From an uncultured Acidobacteriaceae bacterium (GTDB lineage Bacteria; Acidobacteriota; Terriglobia; Terriglobales; Acidobacteriaceae), in NCBI GenBank assembly GCA_963834345.1, contig CAWIBQ010000003.1, forward strand, positions 39,875 through 103,874: DNA of 64,000 bases, written 5' to 3'. The first letter of the stretch is position 1; each line of letters opens with the position of its first letter. This document shows, in pieces, positions 40,110-48,600 of this stretch. Below the pieces are notes generated by a model. It did not search any database. It had not been told where the DNA came from and saw only the letters and a program-made list of their open reading frames with translations. The position numbers and the translations under genes are program-made.

Positions 40110-40916
40110 ATGTCCGACATTGAGGAAATCAAGCCCGCTGGCACGGTCGCCGAAGCCGTGCAGGAAGTGCCGGTTCGCGTCCTGCTGCTGGACGACCATC
40201 CGGAGAACCTGCTGCTGCGCTCGACCATCCTGCGCAAGCACGGCTACATCACCGAAACCGCCGACTCGGTCGAGGAAGCAGAGAAGCTGCTGGACCGCAT
40301 CGACATTGCGGTGCTCGATTATCACCTCGGCGCCGGTCGCTTCGGCACGGATGTAGCTGCGGAGTTGCGCGAACGGCGTCCAGAGGTTCCCATCATCATC
40401 CTCTCGGCCACGCTCGAGCGGCGCTTCGGCGGCGTGGAGGACATGCATCTGCTGAAGGGCTACAGCTCCATCGACGATCTGGTCAATGCGCTGCGCGGCT
40501 TTGAAGCCAAGCGCCGCGGCAGGCCGGTCGTGGTCGACGCGCGCGACTTCTTCTACTCCCGCATCAACATGGCGATGGGGGACGATGTCGTCCTCGAAAT
40601 CCTGGATGCCAACGGCAACTGGCAGTACGTCAACGACACCTGCGCCCGTTTGCTCGAGCAGCCGCGCGACTGGTTTCCCGGCAAGAACATGTTCGTCGAG
40701 ATGCCGGAGCTGGCACCGGACTGGCGCGATATCCTGCGCACTGTCGCGGTGCAGCGCGAGACGTATATCGACCGCACCTATCGCGGTCTTCTCAACCTTC
40801 CCCGCAAGGGCGAGGGCTGGGTCTGGAACGTGCTGGCCTTTCCCCTCACTCTGCACAACAACCAGACCGGCGTGGTGCTGACCGCGCGCATTCTGGAACG
40901 CAAGACGACATTGTGA
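40110..40916 (+). CDS. Orphan response regulator: receiver domain + PAS-like domain, no enzymatic or DNA-binding output
   Basis: VRVLLLDDH (acidic pocket), IAVLDYHL (phospho-Asp), IIILSA, LLKG (Lys). The C-terminal half has a PAS-like pattern (ILDANGNWQYVNDTCARLLEQPRDWFPGKNMFVEMP ... WVWNVLAFPL). Confidence 0.8.
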   Translation: MSDIEEIKPAGTVAEAVQEVPVRVLLLDDHPENLLLRSTILRKHGYITETADSVEEAEKLLDRIDIAVLDYHLGAGRFGTDVAAELRERRPEVPIIILSATLERRFGGVEDMHLLKGYSSIDDLVNALRGFEAKRRGRPVVVDARDFFYSRINMAMGDDVVLEILDANGNWQYVNDTCARLLEQPRDWFPGKNMFVEMPELAPDWRDILRTVAVQRETYIDRTYRGLLNLPRKGEGWVWNVLAFPLTLHNNQTGVVLTARILERKTTL

Positions 40917-40968
40917 ACGCAGCCGGCAACGCGCACGACATCGCGGCGAAGAATCGGAAATATCACTT

Positions 40969-41349
40969 ATGAGAGTTACATTTCTCCGCGCGGCGAGCTT
41001 CGCGTTCGCTCTTCTGCTGGCAGGTTGCCATTCGAGCCCCAGCCTGGGCCGGCCGGAAGCCGCATTCCTCATCACAGTCAAGAATCAGGGCCCGGATATC
41101 CACCAGCTCGAAGTCGACTACCCCAACGCCAGCTTCGGCCGCGACGCGGTTGCGAGCGGCGCGAGCTTCAACTACCCGCCCAAGCTGATCGGCTCTGGAC
41201 CCGTGAAAGTGACCTTCAACGACTCCACTGGCAAAAGCCATTCAGCGACGGGGCCCACCGTGCAGGAAGGGATGCATAAAAATCTTGTCATCTCTATCGG
41301 TGAAGATGAAGGTGTTGTCTTTGAGGCGCTCCCGCTGCCGACGCCCTGA
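40969..41349 (+). CDS. Small lipoprotein (hypothetical)
   Basis: Lipobox FALLLAGC after a positively charged N-terminus. 126 aa. Confidence 0.6.
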   Translation: MRVTFLRAASFAFALLLAGCHSSPSLGRPEAAFLITVKNQGPDIHQLEVDYPNASFGRDAVASGASFNYPPKLIGSGPVKVTFNDSTGKSHSATGPTVQEGMHKNLVISIGEDEGVVFEALPLPTP

Positions 41350-41396
41350 CGCAACAATCACGGCGCCCTCGCGTCAATAGAATGGTGAGAGAACGC

Positions 41397-42260
41397 ATGC
41401 GCCACCTGCCAGTCATTGCACTCTTTGCTCTCACCCTTCCTGCGACTGCAGCGACACCCGCCGCGGGTATCTCTTTTGGGGCTTTACAGGAGCAAGCTCC
41501 CGCAGCTTCCACTCCCGCAGCTCCCGTTTCTGCGCCAGTCCCTGCTGTCCCTCCACCTTCCGAGCCGGCGGCGCCGCCTTCACCCTCGCGGATTCCCGAT
41601 TCTGCTATCCGCGCTTTAGGGCTTGAGACAAGCATCGCCTGGCAAGGTGTTCACGATGATCAGACCAAGGGCTCGTCCAATGGCCAGACGAACTATCCCA
41701 TCTTTCCAGATGGCCGCGATGGCCTCGCAGGACGCCAGTTCGTTACCTGGTACGGCGACAAGGGCGGTGAGAGGTATCACCTCACCTTCGGCCGTGATAC
41801 GGAAGCGACGCACTTTGTCTATGAGGCGAACGTCTACCTGGTCGAACCCGCGGAGGTCGAGAACGTCGAGATGGACATGAACCAGGTCATGTCAGACGGA
41901 CGCACCGTCATCTTCGGCGTTCAATGCGCAGCCCATTCGAAGAGCTGGGAGTACACCTACGTCAACAACAGCGGTACCCACTGGCACCCCTCGAATATTC
42001 ATTGCAACCCGCACGACTGGGGAAAGAAGAAGTGGCACAAGGTACAGATCGCCTCACACCGCGACGAAGGTGGGAACGTCACCTACGACTGGGTCAGTTT
42101 TGATGGCGTCTACTCCGACTTCCAGAATGCAACTGCGTTCTCCGCTGAGGCGCTGCGCTGGACTCCGGGCGAGCTGCTCTTGAACTTCCAGATTGACGGC
42201 GCTCACAAGTCCGGCGTGATGGACGCCTACCTGAACAACCTGGCGATCTATCGCTGGTGA
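41397..42260 (+). CDS. Secreted protein with uncharacterised C-terminal module (paralogue of 48601-50052)
   Basis: Signal peptide MRHLPVIALFALTLPATA and a Pro/Ala linker. Then about 230 aa alignable by eye with the C-terminus of ORF 48601-50052 (NQV-SDG-T, QC, K-WEYT, HW-PSN--CN, W-H-QI--HRD--GNVT-DWV-FD, QIDG, terminal Y-R/H-W). Confidence 0.7.
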   Translation: MRHLPVIALFALTLPATAATPAAGISFGALQEQAPAASTPAAPVSAPVPAVPPPSEPAAPPSPSRIPDSAIRALGLETSIAWQGVHDDQTKGSSNGQTNYPIFPDGRDGLAGRQFVTWYGDKGGERYHLTFGRDTEATHFVYEANVYLVEPAEVENVEMDMNQVMSDGRTVIFGVQCAAHSKSWEYTYVNNSGTHWHPSNIHCNPHDWGKKKWHKVQIASHRDEGGNVTYDWVSFDGVYSDFQNATAFSAEALRWTPGELLLNFQIDGAHKSGVMDAYLNNLAIYRW

Positions 42261-42295
42261 TATAGCGCGCGGCCAAGAGCGGCACAAAATACAAA

Positions 42296-42323
42296 GGCCG
42301 CTCCGAAGAGCGGCCTTCTTTAT
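42296..42323. terminator. Bidirectional rho-independent terminator
   Basis: GGCCGCTC-cgaa-GAGCGGCC, flanked by AAA on the 5' side and TTCTTTAT on the 3' side. Lies between convergent genes. Confidence 0.8.
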
Positions 42324-42338
42324 GAGCTGCGTGTTTCC

Positions 42339-43301
42339 TTAGTGCACTACCGTCTGGAACAGACTCGACTGCAGCAGCGTCGCAAACTGACTGTCCGAGG
42401 ACGAATAGGTGACGATCAGCTTGCCTGAGCTGGAATCAATCTTCGTGCCGTCGATCGCCTGTTTCTCGATGTCCGTGCCGCTCATCTTCTTGTAGAGCGC
42501 GGCTGCATTCAGCAGAGACGCCATAGTTGCTGCGGTAAAGGTGTCAGGCGTCACCACATCCAGATCGAACTTCACGCCGTTCTGGAAGTCCATCGTGTAG
42601 TACGAGCTGAGGATCCGCTTCTTGAGGGTGTCATAGTCGCCCACCTGGGCGGCCTCGCCCATCAGCGAGCGCATCATGGTCTGCGAGCCCTTCTGGTCCA
42701 GAATGCTCCACAACGGCTGGTCCTGCACGGACGCCATCATGTCGGTCATTGCGTTGTTGGTGAGGAAGTTTGGCTGCAGACCATCGCGCGCATCCAGTGC
42801 CTGTTTCAGCGAATCGGTCTGGCCGAAGACCATGGTGGTGGGATTCAGGAACGCGACCTGCATGCCCGACGCCCCCATGGGATAGATTCTGTTGTCGCGC
42901 AGCACCACAGGCTTGATCTTCTTCTTCTTGAAGTTGGCCATGATGTCGTCGAGCGGAAACTGTCCCTGCGCCAGCCCGATGATCCGCGTGGAGTCGCCGG
43001 TCGAACCCTTCGGACGATAGGAGGCGAAAGCCAGCGCATCGACATCGTGGTTGTCATTCATGCCGGAGACCTGCAGCGCCTTCTCCAGGCTCTTCAGCTC
43101 CGGAGGCATGACCCTGCCCTTCAGCTGCATGGCCGCAGGCGAGTTCTGCATCGCCCGGTAATCGATCACGATCAACTGCTGCACATCGTGGGGGATGGCG
43201 GCCTGGGCATCGCCGCTCAGCTGAGCAGCGGACGCCGGCAGTGCCGAGGCAAGGCACAGAGCAGCGATACCGCCGCTCACAATCTTCGCAAGGTTCTTCA
43301 T
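42339..43301 (-). CDS. Secreted hypothetical protein
   Basis: ORF 42339-43349 trimmed to MKNLAKIVSGGIAALCLASALPASAAQ. No motif recognised. Confidence 0.6.
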   Translation of the reverse strand: MKNLAKIVSGGIAALCLASALPASAAQLSGDAQAAIPHDVQQLIVIDYRAMQNSPAAMQLKGRVMPPELKSLEKALQVSGMNDNHDVDALAFASYRPKGSTGDSTRIIGLAQGQFPLDDIMANFKKKKIKPVVLRDNRIYPMGASGMQVAFLNPTTMVFGQTDSLKQALDARDGLQPNFLTNNAMTDMMASVQDQPLWSILDQKGSQTMMRSLMGEAAQVGDYDTLKKRILSSYYTMDFQNGVKFDLDVVTPDTFTAATMASLLNAAALYKKMSGTDIEKQAIDGTKIDSSSGKLIVTYSSSDSQFATLLQSSLFQTVVH

Positions 43302-43482
43302 CTGTACTTCACTTCCTTCAGGACAGGGGCTCCGTTCTGTGCCCAGCACAGGGGTCGAACACCGTCCGCTCTTTCCATCTTAGTCTGCGCCCGGCGGACG
43401 CTCTATTTCACTTCTGGGTGACAACCCAATTATCAGTTGATAGTTACGAAATTCGTCACTATCGGTGGTTCCCTATCCTCGT

Positions 43483-44403
43483 TTAAGGCCATTCGAGCGG
43501 CCGCTCCATGCGACGCTCCAGAACCTTGGTTTCAGAAGAGAAGTCTTCCAATTGACGCACCCACTCGCTGTTTTGTTCGACTGCCGCCGCCGGAATCAGG
43601 CCGATCAGCTCTCCCTCCACGATGCGGGCACCCCGGCCCTCTACTCGGCGCTTCAGGTCGGCAAAGACGACGCTCGGCGAGCTGACCCGGAAGTCGGTCA
43701 GATTCATGGAGATCTGGGCCCGGCCCCGTACCAGCGCTCCCAGTGCCTTCACCCCTTTGAGGCCGCCACCGGAGTCCCGCACCTCCCGCGCCAACGCCCG
43801 CGCCAGGGCCACATCCGGCTTGTCCAGGAAGACGTTCCAGGCGATCAGAAAGCGCCGCGCCCCGACCGCGCTCGCGCCTGCCGTGGGGTGCAGATCCGGG
43901 CCACCCACATCCGGCCGGCGCGCCGGATCCCGCCGCGACGCCTCCCGCAGCCCCTCAAACTGGCCCTGCCGGACATCCTCCAGCCGCGCCCGATCGGGCC
44001 GGGCTGCCGCCGCCTCGTAGAAGTACACCGGCACGCCGTAGCGCCGCCAGATCTCCTCGCCCGCCTGCCGCGCCAGCAGCGCGCAATGCTCAAGCGAGAT
44101 GTCGCGTACCGGCACGAAAGGAATCACGTCCGCGGCGCCAATGCGTGGATGCACGCCGGTCTGCCGGGTTAGGTCGATGACCTCAGCCGCCTTGCCCGCG
44201 GCCAGCACCGCCGCCTCCACCACTGCCGCCGGTGGCCCGGCGATGGTTACGACGGAGCGGTTGTGGTCGGCATCCTGCGACCAGTCCAGCAGAGACACGC
44301 CGGGCACCCGCATGCTGCGCACGATGGCGAGCACGCGCTCGGTGTCCACGCCCTCCGAGAAGTTCGGAACACACTCAATGATGGCATTCGTCATCCCTGT
44401 CAC
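43483..44403 (-). CDS. Glutamate formimidoyltransferase (FtcD N-terminal-type)
   Basis: IECVPNFSEGVDTERV..., DADHNRSVVTIAG, HPRIGAADVIPFVP. Confidence 0.85.
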   Translation of the reverse strand: MTGMTNAIIECVPNFSEGVDTERVLAIVRSMRVPGVSLLDWSQDADHNRSVVTIAGPPAAVVEAAVLAAGKAAEVIDLTRQTGVHPRIGAADVIPFVPVRDISLEHCALLARQAGEEIWRRYGVPVYFYEAAAARPDRARLEDVRQGQFEGLREASRRDPARRPDVGGPDLHPTAGASAVGARRFLIAWNVFLDKPDVALARALAREVRDSGGGLKGVKALGALVRGRAQISMNLTDFRVSSPSVVFADLKRRVEGRGARIVEGELIGLIPAAAVEQNSEWVRQLEDFSSETKVLERRMERPLEWP

Positions 44404-44407
44404 TGCT

Positions 44408-45163
44408 CTACTTCCACCAGCTGTATCCGATCTGGAATTGCACCGTCGAGTTCACGCCGGGATTGGCATCGCCGAGAGAGGCGTTCGAAATGTGCACCGC
44501 ATTCGCATTGAAGGTAATCGAGCGCCTGGGTTTGAGGAAGTACTGAAAGCCCACGCCAAACTGTGGCGTGAAGTTCCACACACTGGTGCCCTGGTGTCCC
44601 GGCGCCGGAAGCGGCCCTACCGGCGGAAATTTGTGATTGGTCCATATCAACCCACCGGCACCCTGCACAAAGGGCATGATCCGCCTGCCTCCGCGCAGGT
44701 CCCAGCGCAACACGACGGGCGTCACGCTGACGCCGTTGTACGCGCCTCCGGTCTTGTAAGGTCCGCTCGCAGCCGCGATGTCCGGATCGCTGGTCGCGGT
44801 CAGATTGTAGCGCTCAAAGGTTGCCGTGTGTCCCTGCCACCAGGGCATGATCTCGACGCTGTATTCAAATTGCCCTCGCAGGAACCCCGGCCCCCAGGGA
44901 GGCGACATCACCTTGCCCGCACGGGCCCCTGCACTCAAATAAGTCGAAGAGGGCGTGACTCTCGCGCTGAAGCCTCCGTTGAAGAAGGCTCCCCAGTTCC
45001 ACCGCCGATTGCTCTGCGCATCATCCACCGGCGTAACCGCATTCGCGGAGGAAGGGGTCGCGATCTGGCTGCTGCTGGATTGTGCGGCAAGTGGAAGTGC
45101 GACGCCGATCAGAAGAACAGAACCGGACAACAGGCGGCTGCATAAAGGAGGCATACGTCTCAT
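44408..45163 (-). CDS. PagL-like lipid A deacylase / acyloxyacyl hydrolase outer-membrane beta-barrel
   Basis: Signal peptide MRRMPPLCSRLLSGSVLLIGVALPLAAQ. C-terminal VHISNASLG (H-x-S-N catalytic signature of the PagL family) and terminal aromatic YSWWK. Trimmed from ORF 44408-45385. Confidence 0.7.
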   Translation of the reverse strand: MRRMPPLCSRLLSGSVLLIGVALPLAAQSSSSQIATPSSANAVTPVDDAQSNRRWNWGAFFNGGFSARVTPSSTYLSAGARAGKVMSPPWGPGFLRGQFEYSVEIMPWWQGHTATFERYNLTATSDPDIAAASGPYKTGGAYNGVSVTPVVLRWDLRGGRRIMPFVQGAGGLIWTNHKFPPVGPLPAPGHQGTSVWNFTPQFGVGFQYFLKPRRSITFNANAVHISNASLGDANPGVNSTVQFQIGYSWWK

Positions 45164-45260
45164 CAGTGCGCGAAATCGCGCGGATTGTGCTAACAGCGCA
45201 GGTGACGGAGAAAAGGCCGCCAGTGGAGATGCCGGCGGCCTGCGGGCAATGCGGTTCTGG

Positions 45261-46007
45261 CTAGCCGGCCACTTCTTCCATTTGCTTGGCGTCCATATCG
45301 AAGTTGGAGTAGACGTTTTGCACGTCGTCGTGATCCTCCAGCGCTTCGAGCAGACGCACCATCTGGTTTGCCGCCGGGCCCTCAAGCTTGGTGTAGGTGG
45401 AAGCGATCATCGTGATCTCGGCCACTGAGGTCTCGATCTTCGCAGCGCGAATCGCATCGAGCACTGCATGGTACGCGGCCGGGTCGGTCAGGACCTCCCA
45501 GCTGTCGCCTTGGTCGGTCAGATCGTCGCCGCCGTTTTCGAGCACCAGCGTCATCAGCTTCTCTTCGTCGGCATTTTCCTTCGGGACGGCGATCAGCCCC
45601 TTCTTCGAAAACATGAAGCGGACCGAGCCCTCCGAACCGAGATTGCCGCCGTTCTTTGAGAAGGCATGGCGCACCTCGCTCACAGTGCGGTTGCGATTGT
45701 CGGTCGATGTTTCGACCAGCAACGCGACGCCGCCGGGGCCGTAGCCCTCGAAGGTGATCTCCTCATACAGTGCGCCGGGCAGCTCACCGGTGCCGCGCTG
45801 GATGGCGCGCTTGATGTTGTCCTGCGGCATGTTCTCGGCCTTGGCCGCCAAAATGGCCGTACGCAGCCGTGGATTACCGTCGGGGTCGCCGCCGCTGCGC
45901 GCCGCCATGCTGATTTCCTTGATCAGACGGGTGAAGATCTTGCCGCGCTTCGCGTCCAGCGCGCCCTTCTTGTGCTTGATTGTGGCCCATTTTGAGTGGC
46001 CTGACAT
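45261..46007 (-). CDS. yebC: YebC/PmpR-family DNA-binding regulator
   Basis: [32 protein letters not shown]... Trimmed from ORF 45261-46163 to Met 46007. Confidence 0.9.
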   Translation of the reverse strand: MSGHSKWATIKHKKGALDAKRGKIFTRLIKEISMAARSGGDPDGNPRLRTAILAAKAENMPQDNIKRAIQRGTGELPGALYEEITFEGYGPGGVALLVETSTDNRNRTVSEVRHAFSKNGGNLGSEGSVRFMFSKKGLIAVPKENADEEKLMTLVLENGGDDLTDQGDSWEVLTDPAAYHAVLDAIRAAKIETSVAEITMIASTYTKLEGPAANQMVRLLEALEDHDDVQNVYSNFDMDAKQMEEVAG

Positions 46008-46173
46008 AGGACCTCTGCAGCTCTCGGAAGTGTGTCCACCGGCTGTCGCCCACACTCGCAGCAACGGAGATAAACCTCGCCGGGACATTCGATTGTAGCA
46101 CTCGGCTGAGGGCCCTTGCCGGAGCGCGGCACCGCGGCGTTGCGTGTCGAAAGGCTCCGGCAATCAGGATGGA

Positions 46174-48225
46174 TTAGTGGTGCGCCACTACCCGGATATG
46201 CGCCATCATGCCGCCGTCTTCATGTTCAAGAATGTGACAGTGGTACACGAAGTCTCCGATCTCCGAGAACGGTATTTCAACATGAACCGGATCAACCGTG
46301 CACGCGCCTCTCTTGAAGCTGGCAATGCTTCCATCGCAGCCGGGACTACCGTGAAGAACGGGAACGTTATCCATCACACCGCTAGCATCGCCCTTCGGCG
46401 CATTCGTCGGCAGCACACGGAACCGTGTCTGATGCATGTGGAAGTTATGATCTTCGCCGGCGACATTTACCAACTCCCAGCGCTCCGTCACCGGCCTGTT
46501 GCCTGCTGCCAACGGGAGACAGACGGTCACGTCAAGATGATTGAACTGTTCGATGTCCTTGAATGTACCGGCAACCGGTCTTCCTTGTTCGTCGAGTTCT
46601 TCGTAACCCAACCCAAAACCGTCAGGCTGCCCCGTAGGAACCCCGAAGTAAATGCGTCGCGTGTGGCCCGAAGGCAGTGCCTTGCAGCTAGGGTCAGCCA
46701 GGGAGGCGACATGCTCGGCAAATTCCGGCATCCTGCCCGCGGCCTCCGGCGAGAGTGAATCCTTGATGCCCGGAACAGAGATTCTCGCCGCACTCCCTAG
46801 AATGCCTCCCTCCTTAGCGATCTCGGAGGCAACTGGCCGCACCTCAAGCATTGACGCTGCTTCTGTGCCGGCAAATGTCAGGTGCACCAGGCCGACCGAC
46901 GGCCAATCGTCGCCATCCGGACCGGTGCTCAGGGATTGCGTCATGAAGGTTGCATGTCTGGAGGAGCCGATGCGCGATGGCAGGAATATCTCTGTACGCG
47001 CGCTGGGCATCATCCTCAGGCTGCTGGCGCAGACGGGGTGAGAGATCCAGCCGGCGCCGTGGGAAGCAGGACACGGAACCTGCCGAATCCGGTCGCCGAC
47101 CTTGGCCGCAAAGCCGGAGGTGTCCTGGCGCGTCGAGTCGATCGATACGCCATCGATCGACAACACCTGGAACGGAAGCAACTCGCCCGTATCATCGTCG
47201 CGAACTACCAGCGAATAGCCGCGGCTGCCGGAACCGCTCGCGATGCGCCAGACCTCGCCTTTACCGGTGATTGTCTCCGATGGGAAGACCTGACCGCTGA
47301 CAGAGAAGATCCATCGCCCTCCCGTGTAGTCCGTACTTCCCCCATCGGAATTGACCACAACCCCGGGACACCATCCCGGCCGGACCGGTTGATTGGGAGA
47401 CGGGTCCGGATCGCAGAACTCCGGCTCCTCCTGCGAGAACACACTTCCATTCTTTAAAAGCTGAATGTCCTTCAGCAAAAGGTGATGGATCATTACGTCG
47501 TCGTGGAGACCGTAACGACGTTGCCGGTCGCCAAGATAATCACTCGGGCTGCCGATGGTGATCAGTCCTGACATCCCTTCGGAGATCTGGTTCAGCGAGA
47601 GCCCATGCACGTGCGGATGGAACCAGAACAGGCCCGATGGGTGGTTCTTCGGAATGTAGATGTCGTAATCAATCGGTTTGTCGGTATAGTCCAGGCCTGG
47701 ATGCGCCATCTTCGGCTTCTTTCCAGATGGATATCCGAGGACATAGATGTAATCGCCGTATGTCGGATCCGACTTATCTGCTCTGCGTGGTTCGACGATG
47801 AGTCCGTGGGTGTGCAGGTTAGTTGGATTCGGCTGCAGCATCTCCTCGCCCATGGGATCGGAGTCATACGCGTGCTCGGCGTCGGGCGGTGCGGGTGGCA
47901 ATTGATTGATCAGGCGAATGCGCAGATGATCGCCAGGCTGAAGCTGAAACCGCGCGCCACCATATGGGGAAAGCGTGTTGGAGCCAGCCGGGCACTGGTC
48001 ATTCATTGCCGAAGCGCGGCGGCAGATCTCATACACCCACGCCGTCAGCGGCTTCCCTGTTAGCTGTACGGGTTTGGGCTTCGCGATCATCAATATGTCG
48101 AGCACGCCCGTTCTGCGGTCGCTCGCAAGCACTGGCATTTCTTTGATTGGATCAGCCTGCGCAAAGGCAGAAATATTGCTGGCTGGAACGAGGAGCAGAA
48201 GGATGGGAAGAAATGAAAAGCGCAT
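46174..48225 (-). CDS. Secreted multicopper oxidase (three cupredoxin domains)
   Basis: Signal peptide and four copper-ligand motifs: HTHGL, WFHPHVHG, HNFHMH, HCHILEHEDGGMM. Confidence 0.9.
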   Translation of the reverse strand: MRFSFLPILLLLVPASNISAFAQADPIKEMPVLASDRRTGVLDILMIAKPKPVQLTGKPLTAWVYEICRRASAMNDQCPAGSNTLSPYGGARFQLQPGDHLRIRLINQLPPAPPDAEHAYDSDPMGEEMLQPNPTNLHTHGLIVEPRRADKSDPTYGDYIYVLGYPSGKKPKMAHPGLDYTDKPIDYDIYIPKNHPSGLFWFHPHVHGLSLNQISEGMSGLITIGSPSDYLGDRQRRYGLHDDVMIHHLLLKDIQLLKNGSVFSQEEPEFCDPDPSPNQPVRPGWCPGVVVNSDGGSTDYTGGRWIFSVSGQVFPSETITGKGEVWRIASGSGSRGYSLVVRDDDTGELLPFQVLSIDGVSIDSTRQDTSGFAAKVGDRIRQVPCPASHGAGWISHPVCASSLRMMPSARTEIFLPSRIGSSRHATFMTQSLSTGPDGDDWPSVGLVHLTFAGTEAASMLEVRPVASEIAKEGGILGSAARISVPGIKDSLSPEAAGRMPEFAEHVASLADPSCKALPSGHTRRIYFGVPTGQPDGFGLGYEELDEQGRPVAGTFKDIEQFNHLDVTVCLPLAAGNRPVTERWELVNVAGEDHNFHMHQTRFRVLPTNAPKGDASGVMDNVPVLHGSPGCDGSIASFKRGACTVDPVHVEIPFSEIGDFVYHCHILEHEDGGMMAHIRVVAHH

Positions 48226-48529
48226 GGAGCCTCACTTTCGCAAAAACAGTCCGTCGTCTGCGCGCACAACTGCGGTGCCGCGCAATCTCTCGCAGCAAAC
48301 TGCAAACTTATTTGGGGGAATTGAACGCCTGAGGCCCGGAAGGGTCCGACTGCATTTCGGCCTCGCGAGCGAGGGAGGTTCGAGGCACTGCGTAGGGTAA
48401 TGGATCCATCGAACAATGCAAGTGAAATGTCACGCAAATGTCATCAATCTTTTGATGATTCTGAAAGTGGATTAACACGGGAAATGCCCGTTGCAACTAG
48501 CATCGACTCGCCGACAGGACGGAATGGTT

Positions 48530-48568
48530 GAAGCGAAAGGCCACCGCTCGATTTCGAGCGATGGCCTT
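48530..48568 (-). terminator. Probable terminator of ORF 48601-50052
   Basis: Minus strand: AAGGCCATCGCTCG-aaat-CGAGCGGTGGCCTT (one mismatch) followed by TCGCTTC. Confidence 0.5.
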
Positions 48569-48600
48569 CGTGAACAGATGACCTGATCTATCGGTACCAA

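Noticed and set aside
43483-48225. Co-directional run of multicopper oxidase, yebC, PagL-like deacylase and formimidoyltransferase as a possible functional cluster
   Set aside because: The gaps of 166 nt and 97 nt, and the unrelated well-known functions, suggest simple adjacency. There is no sequence evidence for a shared system.
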